Assembly (NCBI GenBank): GCA_030704615.1
Contig: CM060732.1
Coordinates: 56,234,001-56,298,000 of the forward strand
Direction: 5' to 3'
DNA length: 64,000 bases
From: Takakia lepidozioides
Lineage: Eukaryota; Plantae; Bryophyta
The notes under the pieces are model-generated. The model was not told where the DNA came from and did no database searches. It was given only the letters and a program-made list of their open reading frames with translations. Every line of letters starts with the position of its first letter. Position 1 is the first letter of the stretch. A program made the translations under genes and the position numbers. Shown in pieces: positions 50,207 to 62,655 of the stretch.

Positions 50207-52160
50207 AATGAGGGAAGAGTGGATCCATTGGTTCACCGTAGACCCGCACAAAAAGGACGGCGTTCAATGCAATCTCTGTGCATTGAAGTTGGCGGGTCAC
50301 AAAGATTGCATGTTATATCACCTCGGCCACAGATATAGGAAGAATGCAGGGGTTATTTTGTGCCTAAAAGCCTCCATGCGAGTGAAAAGCCCACTTTGCC
50401 CAATGTGGAGGCAATATCCCACCGTCTCTTGATGTGGCTGCGGCTTCTGAGCCAAACACTCCATGTTCGAATCAAAATGCCTATCAGAGTTGTACCCAAG
50501 TTGTTAGGCGTCTGTTGTTTGTGGAGAAGCAGGTGGGTCAGGAGCAACACCCGATTGTACGCCAACATTTGTACGGACCAGACCATTGAGACAACAATCA
50601 ATGCAAGAAGGCTTAAATTTCTAGCAAAGGAGGACTCTGGATAAAAAGTGGACCCAATTTTTCTACGAGACCAATATTCCGTTCAATGTCTCGAGGCTTA
50701 TTGCGTTTGTGGCTGCTGTCATAGCCACGTCCGATTCCAAGTCCACATACACACCTCCGAGTTATCGCGATCTCCGAACATGATTGCTAGAAGAGGCTAT
50801 GTCTGACTTCTCCCAAAAGGTGAATGAAAAGACATGTGATTCTCTCCGGAAATATGGAAGCACTATACGTGCGGACGGATTGAGTTCTGTAACTAATCGA
50901 CCACTGTTCAATGTCAGGCTGGTCTGTCCTGCGGGGGAACAATTTTTGGGATCCGTTGACACAGGCGGAGAGAGAAAAGATGCACGTTATCAAGCAGGGT
51001 TGTTGATGAGTTTCATCGATATAATTGGAGGTAATAAAATTGTCCAAGTGTGCACGGACAATGCATCTAACATGGTTAATATGGCCGATATTTTGATGGT
51101 ACGATATCCCCATCTATATTACCAAGGGTGTGCTGCTCAAATCTTTGATTTATTTTTGGAGGATTGGAGAAAAGAATCATAGATGAAATAACTAGTAAAA
51201 AGGGCAAAGTCGGTTGTGATGTTCATCCGTACACATTACATCCCTTTGGCATTGTTTAGAAAGCATGAACCAAAATACAGCCTTAGGAATCCGGGTGAAA
51301 CCCGCTTTGCCACAAACTTTTTGATGGTGGATTGACTCGTGACTGTGAGGGCAGGTCTGGAGCAGGTGATCATCGGCCCTCAATGGGATGCGTATGTAGG
51401 CACCTTACGCGACTCTCGTAAGTCCAAGTATTTGAGCAAAAGTGTACACAAAATTTGCACATTTTGCCCAGAAATCGTTGGAGCGAATGATTGCGCAGAC
51501 CCGGTGTTGATTGCTTTACGGAAGTTTGATGGAAAACAACCAATTATGGGTAAAACATGGTTGATATTAGAAAACCTTCAAAAGCACGTGCAATCTTTGA
51601 GGCGTCATCCATTCACTATGGACGATGATTTGGCGGCAAGGACCGAGGATGCATTTTACGACCACAACCAGATGGTTCGCACGGACTTGCATTATGCGGG
51701 GGCCTTGCTGATTTCATCCTTGCTGGACAATACGGATTTGAGAGACGATATGGATGCTAAAGCCGGACTTATACGGGTCATCATTCAACTCGCGCCCTTG
51801 AACATGACAGAGCGAGCTTTGTCCGAGTACCAGTGCTTCTCGGATCGCTAGAATCCTTTCTATGACATGCCGGATCCAAAAGCAATTAACATGTTGCCAT
51901 ATGAATGGTAAGATCTGATTGGAGCTAGAGCAAGAACGTTAGCTCCTATTGCAAAGCGTATTCTTGCTCAAGTGTGTTCTGCCTCGTCCTGTGAGCGGAA
52001 CTGGAGCAGTTACTCATTTGCTCACAACAAGATTCGCAACAGGTTGAATCCTGCCAGGGCTGACAAATTGGTTTATAAACCAATTTATAAATGTCTACAC
52101 AAATTGTAGGCTACTGCAAGAGAGGACAACAAGTGACACATCTGTATGGTACGAGAAGAA
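50207..52160 (+). pseudogene. hAT transposase relic of the plant BED + DUF659 + hATC type
   Basis: CNLC..MLYHL; FFYETNIPFNV; YTPPSY; ADGLSSVTNRPLFN; QVCTDNASNM; CAAQIFDLFLED; PGETRFAT; LHYAGALL; RILAQVCSASSCERNWS..HNKIRNRL..KLVY. Many stops; TIRs not found. Confidence 0.88.
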
Positions 52161-54169
52161 TCTGTTGTCTGAAGAATCTACCTCAGAGGTCCAATCTAGC
52201 AGCAATGATGACACCGATGTCGCGAGGGACTTCGACTCCGACGGTTGGGATGGGTCTGATGATGTCGGGCAATCCTTCACATGACCTATATGCATTTAAT
52301 GACGACGATGCTACAATGCACCCATCCTTCGAAGACCTTGTTGCTAATGAACTGCGACATGGTGTCATCCCAATTGCGGACCCCCTTCTCTCACTGGAGC
52401 ACACTCTCAATAATGAAGTTGAGGTCAACTCTACCCCACCACGAGTTCCATGGACTGCGGGAGATGTGCAGGTCGAATCGTCATGCCCCTGTGAACCGTG
52501 CTTCATCTCACGCCGCTCCATCTTATGTTTATCTTTCTCAAGCCGGTCCATCCCATGCTGGTCCATCTAGTCTTTCTTCCCCTCATGTAATTTCTTCCAT
52601 CGCTACTCCGATCCTGGGAAATGCTTCTTCTGTTGTGGGACTTCTGTAAGTCGAACCATCGGATGACGACGACCGGCCATTGTCCTTTCATCTGGCCCGA
52701 TGACGTCCGCATGTGAATCGTGCTCCCTCGACCCTTACTGGTCCATTTTATGCCCCTTTTATGTACGTGCGAGTAGCCTTCCTCATACGAGACCTGCTCC
52801 AAGGCCACCACGAAATTCGGGACAAGCCCAGAAACGGCAGAGAATTGTGCAACCTTTTGTTGGTGACCGACCTATGAATAGGCCTGATACCCTAGATGAT
52901 ATTCATGATAGGAGTGAAAATCGACCAGAGAGACAATTGAACGTACTCCAAGGACGACTACAGGTCCAACGGCCAGTGGTCTCTGGAAACGAAAGAACAG
53001 ATGGAGATGATTCCAGCACTGATCATGGGAACGGGGGTGAAGTGAGTGGGGACGAAGATTTTGTACTGTGCGTGAGAACATACCATCGTCGTCGTGCCAG
53101 ACGGAACTAGGTACAGCTATAACTTCTGTCACATGATGTGTAGTATGTTTCCATGGATATCAATGTTTCAGTTTGGGTACATGCATACGTGTACGGAAAT
53201 AAAAATGGTGGAATATGTGTACCCAAAAAAGGGTTTGGTGGTTGTGTGTGTGTTTGAGTTTCGTCAGTATCTATACATTGTTGATTTCCTATTATGGTTT
53301 CGAAAGCCACAAAGGCCAGGTGCAGCTCCCAACATTCATCTTCCTCTTCTCAAATCTGTGGGGAGTCGATACATGTGTCGTGTAATCCGTAAGTTAGTTG
53401 ACAATTTAGATAAAAATCCTGAAATCTTCGGAAATCGAGGTACTAGCCATCAATTGTCTGATGTTTCGGAAGGTTCTCGTAAAGCACGAGATGATTTGCA
53501 TGTACTGAAAAATTTGAACCAATAGACAATGCAAAACAACAAAGACAAAAGTGAAGACTTATCTTTAAGAGCTTGAGTGAAAACTTGCGCAATGGAAATG
53601 AAGGCTCAAGGTATTGGTAGGTTGCACGAGCCTCAAGTAATTATTGTTGGATAATAAACTGATGATATTCACTTAATTCTATTAATTATGATTCATGTTT
53701 GTTGTTTGCTGGTTTTTTTTTTGGGCCATATCTTTGCAGAGCCCACTATTTACTAATTGAGTAGGTAGTAAGTTCGTAGGTAGTAAGAGGGGGGTCCTTT
53801 ATATATCCTCTTGGGGCGGTGGGACCCTTCTAGAAGGCCCTAAAGACATGTCAACCCTACAAGACTCCATATTCTAAATTTAACCAATTCCTCCCTTATT
53901 TTTTTGGACCCCCTCAGCTCATTCCTTAACTCGGGCCTTCCTATATAAGCGCCCCACTCTAATTCTTGGGCCACAGTAATTCCTGGAGCACTCTAGAATC
54001 AGGGCCCGAATGAAACTGCCTATATATACGGATGACATAAATCATGGATTTGAACGGTGCAATATGAATGAAATGATTACGATAAAAATAAAAAATAATT
54101 AATATAAAAGTGTGTGAGTAAGGTTGAAGTCATTATGAAAATAAAATGAGACAAATAAACATGGTTGTG

Positions 54170-54200
<31 letters not shown>

Positions 54201-54209
54201 GGAATATAG

Positions 54210-55030
54210 TGCAATGGTTGTTTTTGTACGTGATGTTGACGTGCGTCACGTCACCTTAAAAACTGAGTTAACATTGGTTATTTGTTTTTTAAATTTTATC
54301 TTTTACATTGCATAGTCTATCATAGTAACACGTAAGCCACCAAGTTATATCTGGTGGTCCGCAATTTTAAAAGATTATTTAAAAAATAAATAGAATCACT
54401 AAATTTAACAGCCAAAATTTTAAAAATGATATAATAAATCGGTACCGCCACCGAATTTTTCAAAAATGAATAAATCGGGACCACTAGCTATGGTGATCCA
54501 GATTTTTAAGAAATTATTTAATAAAATATTGGCAGTCCTGATTTTTAAGAAATATCAATTTTATTTTGTTATTTTGTTATTTTGTTTTTTGAGATGAAAA
54601 TGGGACCGCCAGAGCTGGTGGTCCCAATTTTGCTTCGTTTTTTTAATTCCTCTTTAAAGATAAAATCAGGACCACCAGAGCCAACGGTTCCCTTTAGTTT
54701 TTTCATGTTTTTGGGGATAAAATCAGGAACTCAAGAGCAGGTGGTCCCGATTTTTTTTTAAATGTTTTTTGTGGATAAAATTACGACCAACAGCTATTGC
54801 GGTAAAAAAAACCGCTAGCTCTGACGGTCTCGATTTTAATTAAAAATAAAATGGGGCTGTCAGCTCTGACGGTCCCGATTTTAGTAAAAAAATAAAAACA
54901 TTGGGACCGCCAACTCTGATAGTCCTGATTTTAATCAAAATAAATAAAAAATCGAAATCGACAGCTCTGACAGGTCCGATTTTTTTTTAAATTATAAAAA
55001 TTATAAAATTGGGACTGCCAGCTGTGGTTG
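54210..55030. repeat. Palindromic-unit array, same family as 47870-48690 but opposite orientation
   Basis: Units such as tgggaccgccagagctggtggtccca. Confidence 0.65.
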
Positions 55031-56199
55031 TATTAAAAATGTAAGAATTAATAGAACCCATCATATTTAGAGAATATTCCCAACTACTCCCATCGTGCGC
55101 CCCAACCACATACAACCAATATGACATCAATCAGTCAGTGTGGATATTTAAGGATGGAAGCATTCCAGCTACAAACATTATGGGATAAATAGTTCAAAAG
55201 TCCAGTTGAAAAACCTACTGACGAGGCTCACAAGTATACAAAGTGTAGTGATCTAGATGACAAAGAAGAAATTTACAATATGCTTGACGAACACATGAGG
55301 GTGTGTATGTTACATGAGCGGTGAACAAGTTTAAGCATGAGCAATAATACAATTTACCATGAGCAGAGCATAATTATTGAAATATTTTTGAAATTTGGTA
55401 CTTATGGAGATAATTTTGAACTGCTTTTCATGTACTTAAACAGTTCGATTCTTGATCAAATATGACATCGAGCTTACGTTCGGATACCACAAAACAAGTT
55501 CGGCAATTACCGAATATGGGTAGTCGGTGCCGATATAAGTCAATAATGTTATAGATGCGGTTTACATGTTTTCTATAATTGCGGGTGGGTTTTGTTTTTA
55601 CCGAAAATTTCCCGAAAATTTCCAGAGATGCACAAATTGTAATCGTCGCCGATTATTCAGTTTCCGGGAACGGGAAGTCGACACAGACTATAACTATGCC
55701 GGAGAATAGGAAGCCGGAGCCGAGACAATGTGCGGCCTACTGGATAATCAAAATGCGGAAGAGTTTAGGGTTTAGGGTGACATCTCCTTATTGTGTTGAC
55801 CTCCTGCTGTTCGGCACCTTGCCGGGCAATACACTGTGGTGCCTCACCAGAGTAGCTCACTCCCACTTCCACGACGTTTGTTCATCCCTTACAATGGACA
55901 ATGCCCCTGTTGATGAATCGGCCAGCAATCATGCAGCAGACAATTGTGGGTTTGCAGTGTGACAATGTAGATGGGACAGACGTTGTAGACGATTCAGAAG
56001 AAATAATTATCTTCCCTGAAATTGTTCTTCATGCGGAAACAGATGCGAACGAACGCAGCGGTATTTGGTTGTAGTTTCTACAAGCTAGAGACTTTGTTCG
56101 CACCCTCAGTGTCTGTTTGCATTCTTTCCACACTCAGTGCATAGATACAAGGATGCAGCTCAATGCCTTCTGACCTCTTTGCACATACGTGCGTTCAGC

Positions 56200-56673
56200 G
56201 CCGATTTGTCGATTTGACGGTCCCGAATATTTTTATTTAAATCTTTAAAAAAATTAAAAAATTATGACCATCAATTTTGACTTCATTGATGTTTATTAAA
56301 AAAATCAAAAAAATCAAAAAATTGAGACCATCAGCTCTAACTGTCCTGATTTTTAATAAATAATAAAAAAAATAAAAAATATGGGGACCTTATCAAAAAA
56401 TCATTAATAATAATTTAAAAAATCAGATCGTCAGCTTTCGCAGTCCTGATTTTATAGAGGAAAACCCCGCCAGATTTGGCTGTAATATTTTATTAATATT
56501 ATCAATCGGGGACTGCTAGAGCTAATGATCTTGTATTATTATATTTTCTTGATAATTATGGAGCACCACAGCTGTAGTCCACAACATTAAATATATTTTT
56601 GATAATTTGGGAATGTCAGAGTTGGCGGTCCCGATTTTATAAAAAAAAAATAACAATTTAGGACCGTCAAAGC
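56200..56673. repeat. Palindromic-unit array interrupted by the chromovirus; resumes at 62656-62830
   Basis: One unit, ggaccgtca|aagc...tgacggtc, is split exactly at the LTR boundaries. Confidence 0.65.
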
Positions 56674-57199
56674 TGTCAAGGACGAAAACATGACTGAACA
56701 CAAACAAAAGATCAGACTAGAGGTACAAGACTAAACAAGAAGCCAAGGTCGATGTGGCCGAATGCATGGTGGACAAACATGAATCAAGATGATATTTATA
56801 ACAATGGACAAGAGTACAAGATACTGGAACTCAACTTGAATACTGGAATACTGAAAACTGGACTAAAGTACTGGAACTAGAAACAAGAGTAGCTTGAACT
56901 TGTGTTGGCGAGACCGAAGAGTGTCTAGTCACCTCCTATATATACTGGCTACTAGGAAGTTCCCTAAAAAGCTTCCCCAATGGAGGTTTTTTTATGGAGA
57001 AGTGTTCTTAAACAAAAAAGGTATTTTGATTGAGAAATTTCCTCCAAATGAAGCTTCTTGAGCAGTTTTCAAGTTATTTTCGGTAATTTGGTAAAATCCC
57101 GGTAACTAATGATAAATCATGGTAACTTCCGATAACATGGTAACTTGACAACTTTTGGTATTTATTCCTGGTAAGTTCCTCTGGGCTATGTCCGTGATA
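56674..57199 (-). repeat. 3' LTR of the chromovirus
   Basis: Plus strand starts TGTCAAGGACG; similar to 62151-62655. Confidence 0.9.
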
Positions 57200-57802
57200 T
57201 CACCCCCTCCTCTAGCGCCGAGTTTCTCGAGGAGCGGTAAAATCTTGGACTTGCTTAGAGTTAGAGAAAATCCAAAATCCGACGAATGGTACTTGCCAAG
57301 TATTCGGCTCTTCGTTCTTGACTCAAATGATTTATAGGTCCCTGTAACCATCGAAAGTGTCCAACACCTTGAACTTAGGACCACGCAGTGATTTGAGCAT
57401 TCTGATTTTCGAAACTGCCTTTAAACATGATTTCGTTGTCATCTGGGTTCGAAGCCTCAACCTCCAATAGGATTATCAAACTTCGAGTAAGCTCCACTTG
57501 CCGTCGTACGTGGTCCAGACAAGGAAGTACGCGTCGCATTGGTGGCCCATCGTCTCGAGAGCGTTTGCGTGATGTTGAAGGTTGTAAGAGTCAGAACGGC
57601 TGATCTGGTAGTTGGGTAAGCGACAGCTCCAATGTATCTGGTTCCTATGACTCCATGCTGCCAATACAAGATGCAAGAGTGATGAAAATGTAGCTATATA
57701 TACTGATGTGTGGTGTTCCTCCCTCCGTAACATGTATCAGGTACACTGAATATGGAGTCTTCACCTTGAAGCTAACTTGGCTGACATCATCGTTGTGACA
57801 TC

Positions 57803-60800
57803 TTATTGACGTGTAGCTCGGGGTTTAGCTGGATATCGTTGATGGAACTCTTGGACTTTGTCAGATGCATTGGCAAGGTTCGATGAAGGTTCCCACGTTC
57901 GTTCGCTAATGTCGTAGTCTTTCCAATGTACGAAATACTCAATACGTTTATACTTGATGCGAGAGTTTAGGACTTCGTCGACTTCATACTCGATTTCTTG
58001 ATTGACTTCGATTGGTGGAGGTGGTACGGAGACTCTCCCTGGAATATTCGATGGATGATACAACTCCAATAATGAAACATGAAAGATTAGATGGATGTGC
58101 ATACTTTGTAGGAGTTCAATCCAAAAACTGACCGAATTTTTTTGTCGAGTAATTTTGAATGGTCCTAGGCGTTGATAATCCAACTTCCTTGATGATCGCG
58201 AGGTTTGTATGTCCCGTCGAAGAAGCCACGCACGATCTCCGACCTTGAACTGGGGTTGGACTTAACGATGTTGATCTGCATACTTCTTGTATTATTTTTG
58301 AGCTTCTACGAGGTGGAATGTAAGCTCATTGTGAATCATAGCAAGATGAAAAACAATGTTTTCTACAACAAGGCTTCCAACAGTCTTTATGTGGAAAGAG
58401 TTTGCTCGAGGATGATGACCATAATTGGACGACCATGGACCCTTGGGAATAGGTAATGGTTGAAGAAGGCCGTAAGGTCAATGTCGTGGTCACTTCGCTC
58501 TAGCACACATGTCGCAAGATTTATAAATTATTTCACGAGTTTCCACATCTGCGGCCACTAATAGTCCCTAGATATCAATTCCATTGTTTTGTTGAAGCCG
58601 AAATGTCCTACAGCCGAAAGATCATGACATATTTGAAGAATTCGAAGTCGTGTAGGTCCTGGAGGTACATAGAGAAGTCCCTTGAAATAAAGTAAGTCAT
58701 CTTTGAATTCGAAGTCGTTTGTAACATGTGGGTTGTCTCGATGTCGATTTAGTTGACTTCGTAGTGTCGCAGCAAATTGGTCTTCAATGCTTCCTGAATC
58801 TCCTTTACGATATCTGCATCGTCATAGGTGGACATGGATAACATATTCAATTGGAGATTTGCTGGTTTCAAGATGATGTATTTCTGCTGGTCGAAAGCCG
58901 TCTCCCTTTTTTTCGGCGCAAGATATGATCGTCGAGAAAGAGCATCGGGTTTCCCTTAAAGATGTCCGGGGCGATAGGTAATAACAAAATCAAACCTTAC
59001 TAGTGACATACTCCATCTTGTTTGACGTCGATTCATAACATGAGTACTCATAAAATATTCGAAGTTTTTGTGATCGGTGTAGACAGTGACCTGATGTTTA
59101 GCTTTCTTCAATAAATGACGTCACTCCTCAAAAGCATCGATGATCGCTATAAGTTCTTTGTCATGTATTTCATAATTGATCTCTACAGCGGAAAATTTAC
59201 GAGAACGAAAACCAACAAGGTGAAGTCGGCCATTAGACGTTTTTGAAAAGTCCATAGCTCATCTTGTTTATTGGATTTTGGGTGTCATTTTTTTCTAGAA
59301 GTATAAAAACCTATAATCTTCAATGGCTAGGTGTCATATTGAGAGTTTTTTGTAAACTCTAATTTTTAGTTTTTCATAATTTCTCTGAGAGAGTACAGCG
59401 CCAAGTGCAAAGTCCGATGCATCTGCTTCTAAAAAGAATGGTTTAGATGGGTATGCATGTACCAGTATTGGAGCAGTTGTAAATGTCTGCTTCAACCTTT
59501 CAAATGCCTGGTCAGCCTTCTCGTCCCATACAAATTTGTCATTCCTTGTGAGTCGTGTCAATGGTGCAGCAATTTTTGAGTAGTCATTGATGAAGATTCT
59601 ATAGAAAATTGCAAATTCCAGAAAACATTGTACATCTCGGACCGAAGTTGGTTTAATCCACTCGATGATGGTTTGTATTTTCTTCTGATTCATAAAGACG
59701 AATTTGTCGGAAATAATGTAGCCCAGAAATTCGACCTCAGATTGATGGAAAATACATTTTTCCAACTTGGCATATAGTCATCTTTCTCTTAGAGAGAGAG
59801 AGAGAAGACTCCAGCCGTAGCTGGCGTAACTAAGAGCCACTTCACCTTTCAGCTACTGCCTCCTTTTGGGGTTTCTTTCTCTTAATTTATTAAGGACAAG
59901 GCGTACATGGCGGCCATGTTCTTCTTTATTTTGTGAAAATATCAAAATATCTTACAAATAGATGACTACAAAGTCATCTAAATTTTTTCGAAAGATGTCA
60001 TTCATCATATGTTGGAAAATTGCTGGAGCATTTGTAAGACCGAAAGGCATAACATTGTATTCAAAATGTCCATACTTGTTCGAAAATCTGTTTTTCATTC
60101 GTCTCCTTCTTTTATCCGTACAAGGTTATAAACTTCTATCAAGTCAATTTTGGTGAAAATCTTCGTTCGTCCCAGCTGGTCGAGAAGCCCAAAAATTAGT
60201 GGTAACGGATAATGATTCTTAATTGTGACTTTGTTGAGACCGCGATAGTCCACACACATGCGTAATGATCTGTCGTTCTTTTTCACAAACAAGATAGCGC
60301 CCCCGCATATGATTTTGAATGTCGGATGAAGTTCTTCGACAAATTTCATCAATATATTCACGTAATGATAAGTTAGAGATTGGGCCGAATGGTAGTTGGG
60401 CTCCTTCTTGTAACTCAATTGCACAGTCATAAGGTCGATGTTCTGGCAATATGTTTGTATATTTCTTCTCGAAGACATCCTTGAAATCTTGATATTGAGT
60501 GGGTAATGTCGAAGTACCTTTGTCTGTTGTGGTCTTGATCAGAGTCGCATAAAGTGCAAATGTCGCATCATTTTTTGTAGTTCTCATGAAAGCTCTAGCT
60601 CCAAAGAACATGGGTTAAATACCTTTGATATTTCTACATTTTTGTCTTGCAGAAATTTTTCGCGATCGCCAGTCGATGTCAGGATTGTGAAGTATGAACC
60701 AGGGAAGTCCAAGGATCACAAGATTCGTTGGAGACTGGATGACGTTGAAAACAATATGTGATGCTTAATCTTCAAAGCTTCACTTCAAGTGGTCGAGTTT

Positions 60801-62112
60801 CATGGTCAACATTTTCTTATGCTAACAGTTGTCTATCGATGACTTCAACGGGGGCCGTGAGTTTCTTCTTTACGAGCGTTAAATTGTGTTGCTTCGCAAA
60901 GTTTTTGTCAATAAAACATGCTGAAGTCCCTGAGTCCAAAAGTGCTTCTACAGGGATATCTCAATTTTGCACTCTGATTTTTACTGGAACCTAGAAGCAA
61001 GGTACAGGGTCTGGAGGTAGAAATAGACTTTTTTTTTGTGAGGAATTTGTGGTGTCCAGACTCATGGTCTCTACTGTGACTGGACATCTTCGTTTTCCGA
61101 CCTCCTCGTATCGAATACTTGAGTTGCGCCCCAAGATTTGAATCTTCTCTTGTTGGGGCAGTTTAATGCTATCTGATCTTCTTCTCCGCAATAGAGGCAT
61201 AATCCATTCGAGCGCCGCCTTTGTTTTTCTTGTGGTATCAATGGCTTGAATCGGACAGCATCAATCTGCATAGGATCACTACCGGGTATCTGATGGATCA
61301 TTGTGTTTGGTATCGTAGTAGCAGCATCATGATGTGTCGTCAACCATCCAGATCGCTTCTCTTGACGTCTTTCGAATAAACGATTATTGTATGCAATGAC
61401 TTGGGGTGATGAATTCGCTCAGTGTGCTCACGTTTGACATTGTCAGCAACAAATATTTTACATTCTCTTTTAACCCACATTGAAACAGACTAATGAGGCT
61501 CTTCTCATTCCAGTTGAGGTCGCACGCAAGTTGTCGAAATTCGGCAGCATAAACGGAAGTAGGACGTGCTCCTTGTCGAAGATTTCGCATCTTTGTCTCT
61601 GCAACTCTCTCTCTATCATTCTCTCCAAACGTTGCAGTGAACTCGGACATGAATGCTTCAAAATTGTATAGTAAATGTAAGTTTTTTTTTAATAGTGGTG
61701 CAAACCAAGATATAGCAGTGCCTGATAGAAGTGTGCCCACGAATCCCACTCGAATACCTTCATCGGGGTAGTGTTGTGGATGTAGTCGTAGGAACAGTCG
61801 TACTTGTTGAACAAAACCGCGAAATCTTGATCTCATCCCATCAAATTTCTCGGGCATGCTGATCTTTGGTTCTCTCGTAATCTGTTGAAGATGAACCGTT
61901 CCAGTATGAGCTGTTGCAGTAGAGACTCGTATGGTTGAAGATCCATTGTTCGACTCCTTTAACTCTGAAATTTGTTGTTGCAAATTGTGGAGAGCGTTGT
62001 GAAGATCTTGAGACTGATCAACTTGTAATTGGGCGGTAGAGGTTCGAAGTTCTTGCATCTGAAGCTGAAGACTCTGCAATGTGACGACCATTCCCGCAAA
62101 TGTGCCTTCCAT
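57803..62112 (-). pseudogene. Chromovirus gag-pol (gag, PR, RT, RH, partly deleted INT, chromodomain)
   Basis: ORFs 61384-62112, 61071-61343, 60219-60611, 60095-60478, 59334-59765 and 57803-58183. Confidence 0.9.
59791..59873 (-). mobile_element. ~83-bp 5'-truncated retroposed copy of the 3' end of the RLE/MTase retrotransposon family
   Basis: Minus strand ggcagtagctgaaaggtgaagtggctcttagttacgccagctacggctggagtcttc(tc)n matches 46363-46427. Perfect 10-bp TSD TCTTTCTCTT (59781-59790, 59874-59883). Confidence 0.88.
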
Positions 62113-62137
62113 CTTAACTAACTAAGGAACAAACTTT

Positions 62138-62148
62138 AGTCTCGCCAA
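62138..62148 (-). promoter_or_regulatory. Primer-binding site complementary to the element's own R region (self-priming type)
   Basis: Element-sense TTGGCGAGACT, 2 nt after the 5' LTR, is the exact complement of AGTCTCGCCAA at 62384-62374, which lies ~25 nt downstream of a TATA-like box. Confidence 0.75.
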
Positions 62149-62150
62149 AC

Positions 62151-62655
62151 TGTCAAGGACGAGAATGTGACTGAACACAAACAAAAGATCAGACTAGAGG
62201 TACAAGACTAGACAAGAAGTCAAGGTCGATGTGGCCGAATGCATGGTGGGCAAACATGAATCAAGATGATCTTTATATCAATGGACAAAAGTACAAGATA
62301 CTGGAACTCGACTTGAATACTGGAAACTGGAGTAAAGTACTGGAACTGGAAACAATAGTAGGTTGAACTTGTGTTGGCGAGACTGAAGAGTGTCCAGTCT
62401 CGCCTCCTAAATATATTGGCTACTAGAAAGTTCCTTAAGAAGTTTCCCCAATGGAGGTTTCTTGATGAAGAAGTTTTCTTAAACAAAGGAGGTATCTTGA
62501 TGGAGAAGTTTCTTCCAAATGAAGCTTCCTAAGCAGTTTCCCAAGTTACTCTCGGTAATTTAGTAAACTCCCAGTAACTAATGATAAATCATGATAAATT
62601 ATGGTAAATTATGGTATTTACTCCTGGTAAGTTCATCTGGGCTATGTCCGTGACA
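62151..62655 (-). repeat. 5' LTR of the chromovirus
   Basis: TGTCAAGGACG...CCGTGACA on the plus strand. Confidence 0.9.

Larger units (their letters stand above)
56674..62655 (-). mobile_element. Ty3/Gypsy chromovirus (Tcn1-like), degenerate
   Basis: LTRs at 56674-57199 and 62151-62655; TSD AAAGC/ATAGC; PPT TAGAGGAGGGGGTGA adjoining 57199. Gag EPKISMPEKFDG..FRGF and CLYCG; protease LLDSG; [20 protein letters not shown]; RNase H EADASDFALGAVL; integrase with chromodomain YEVDEVL..YFVHWKDY..TWEP. Confidence 0.93.

Noticed and set aside
47870-56673. CRISPR-like appearance of palindromic repeats with spacers
   Set aside because: Repeats are highly degenerate, spacers are low-complexity A/T runs of variable length, there are no cas genes, and the context is eukaryotic TE DNA.
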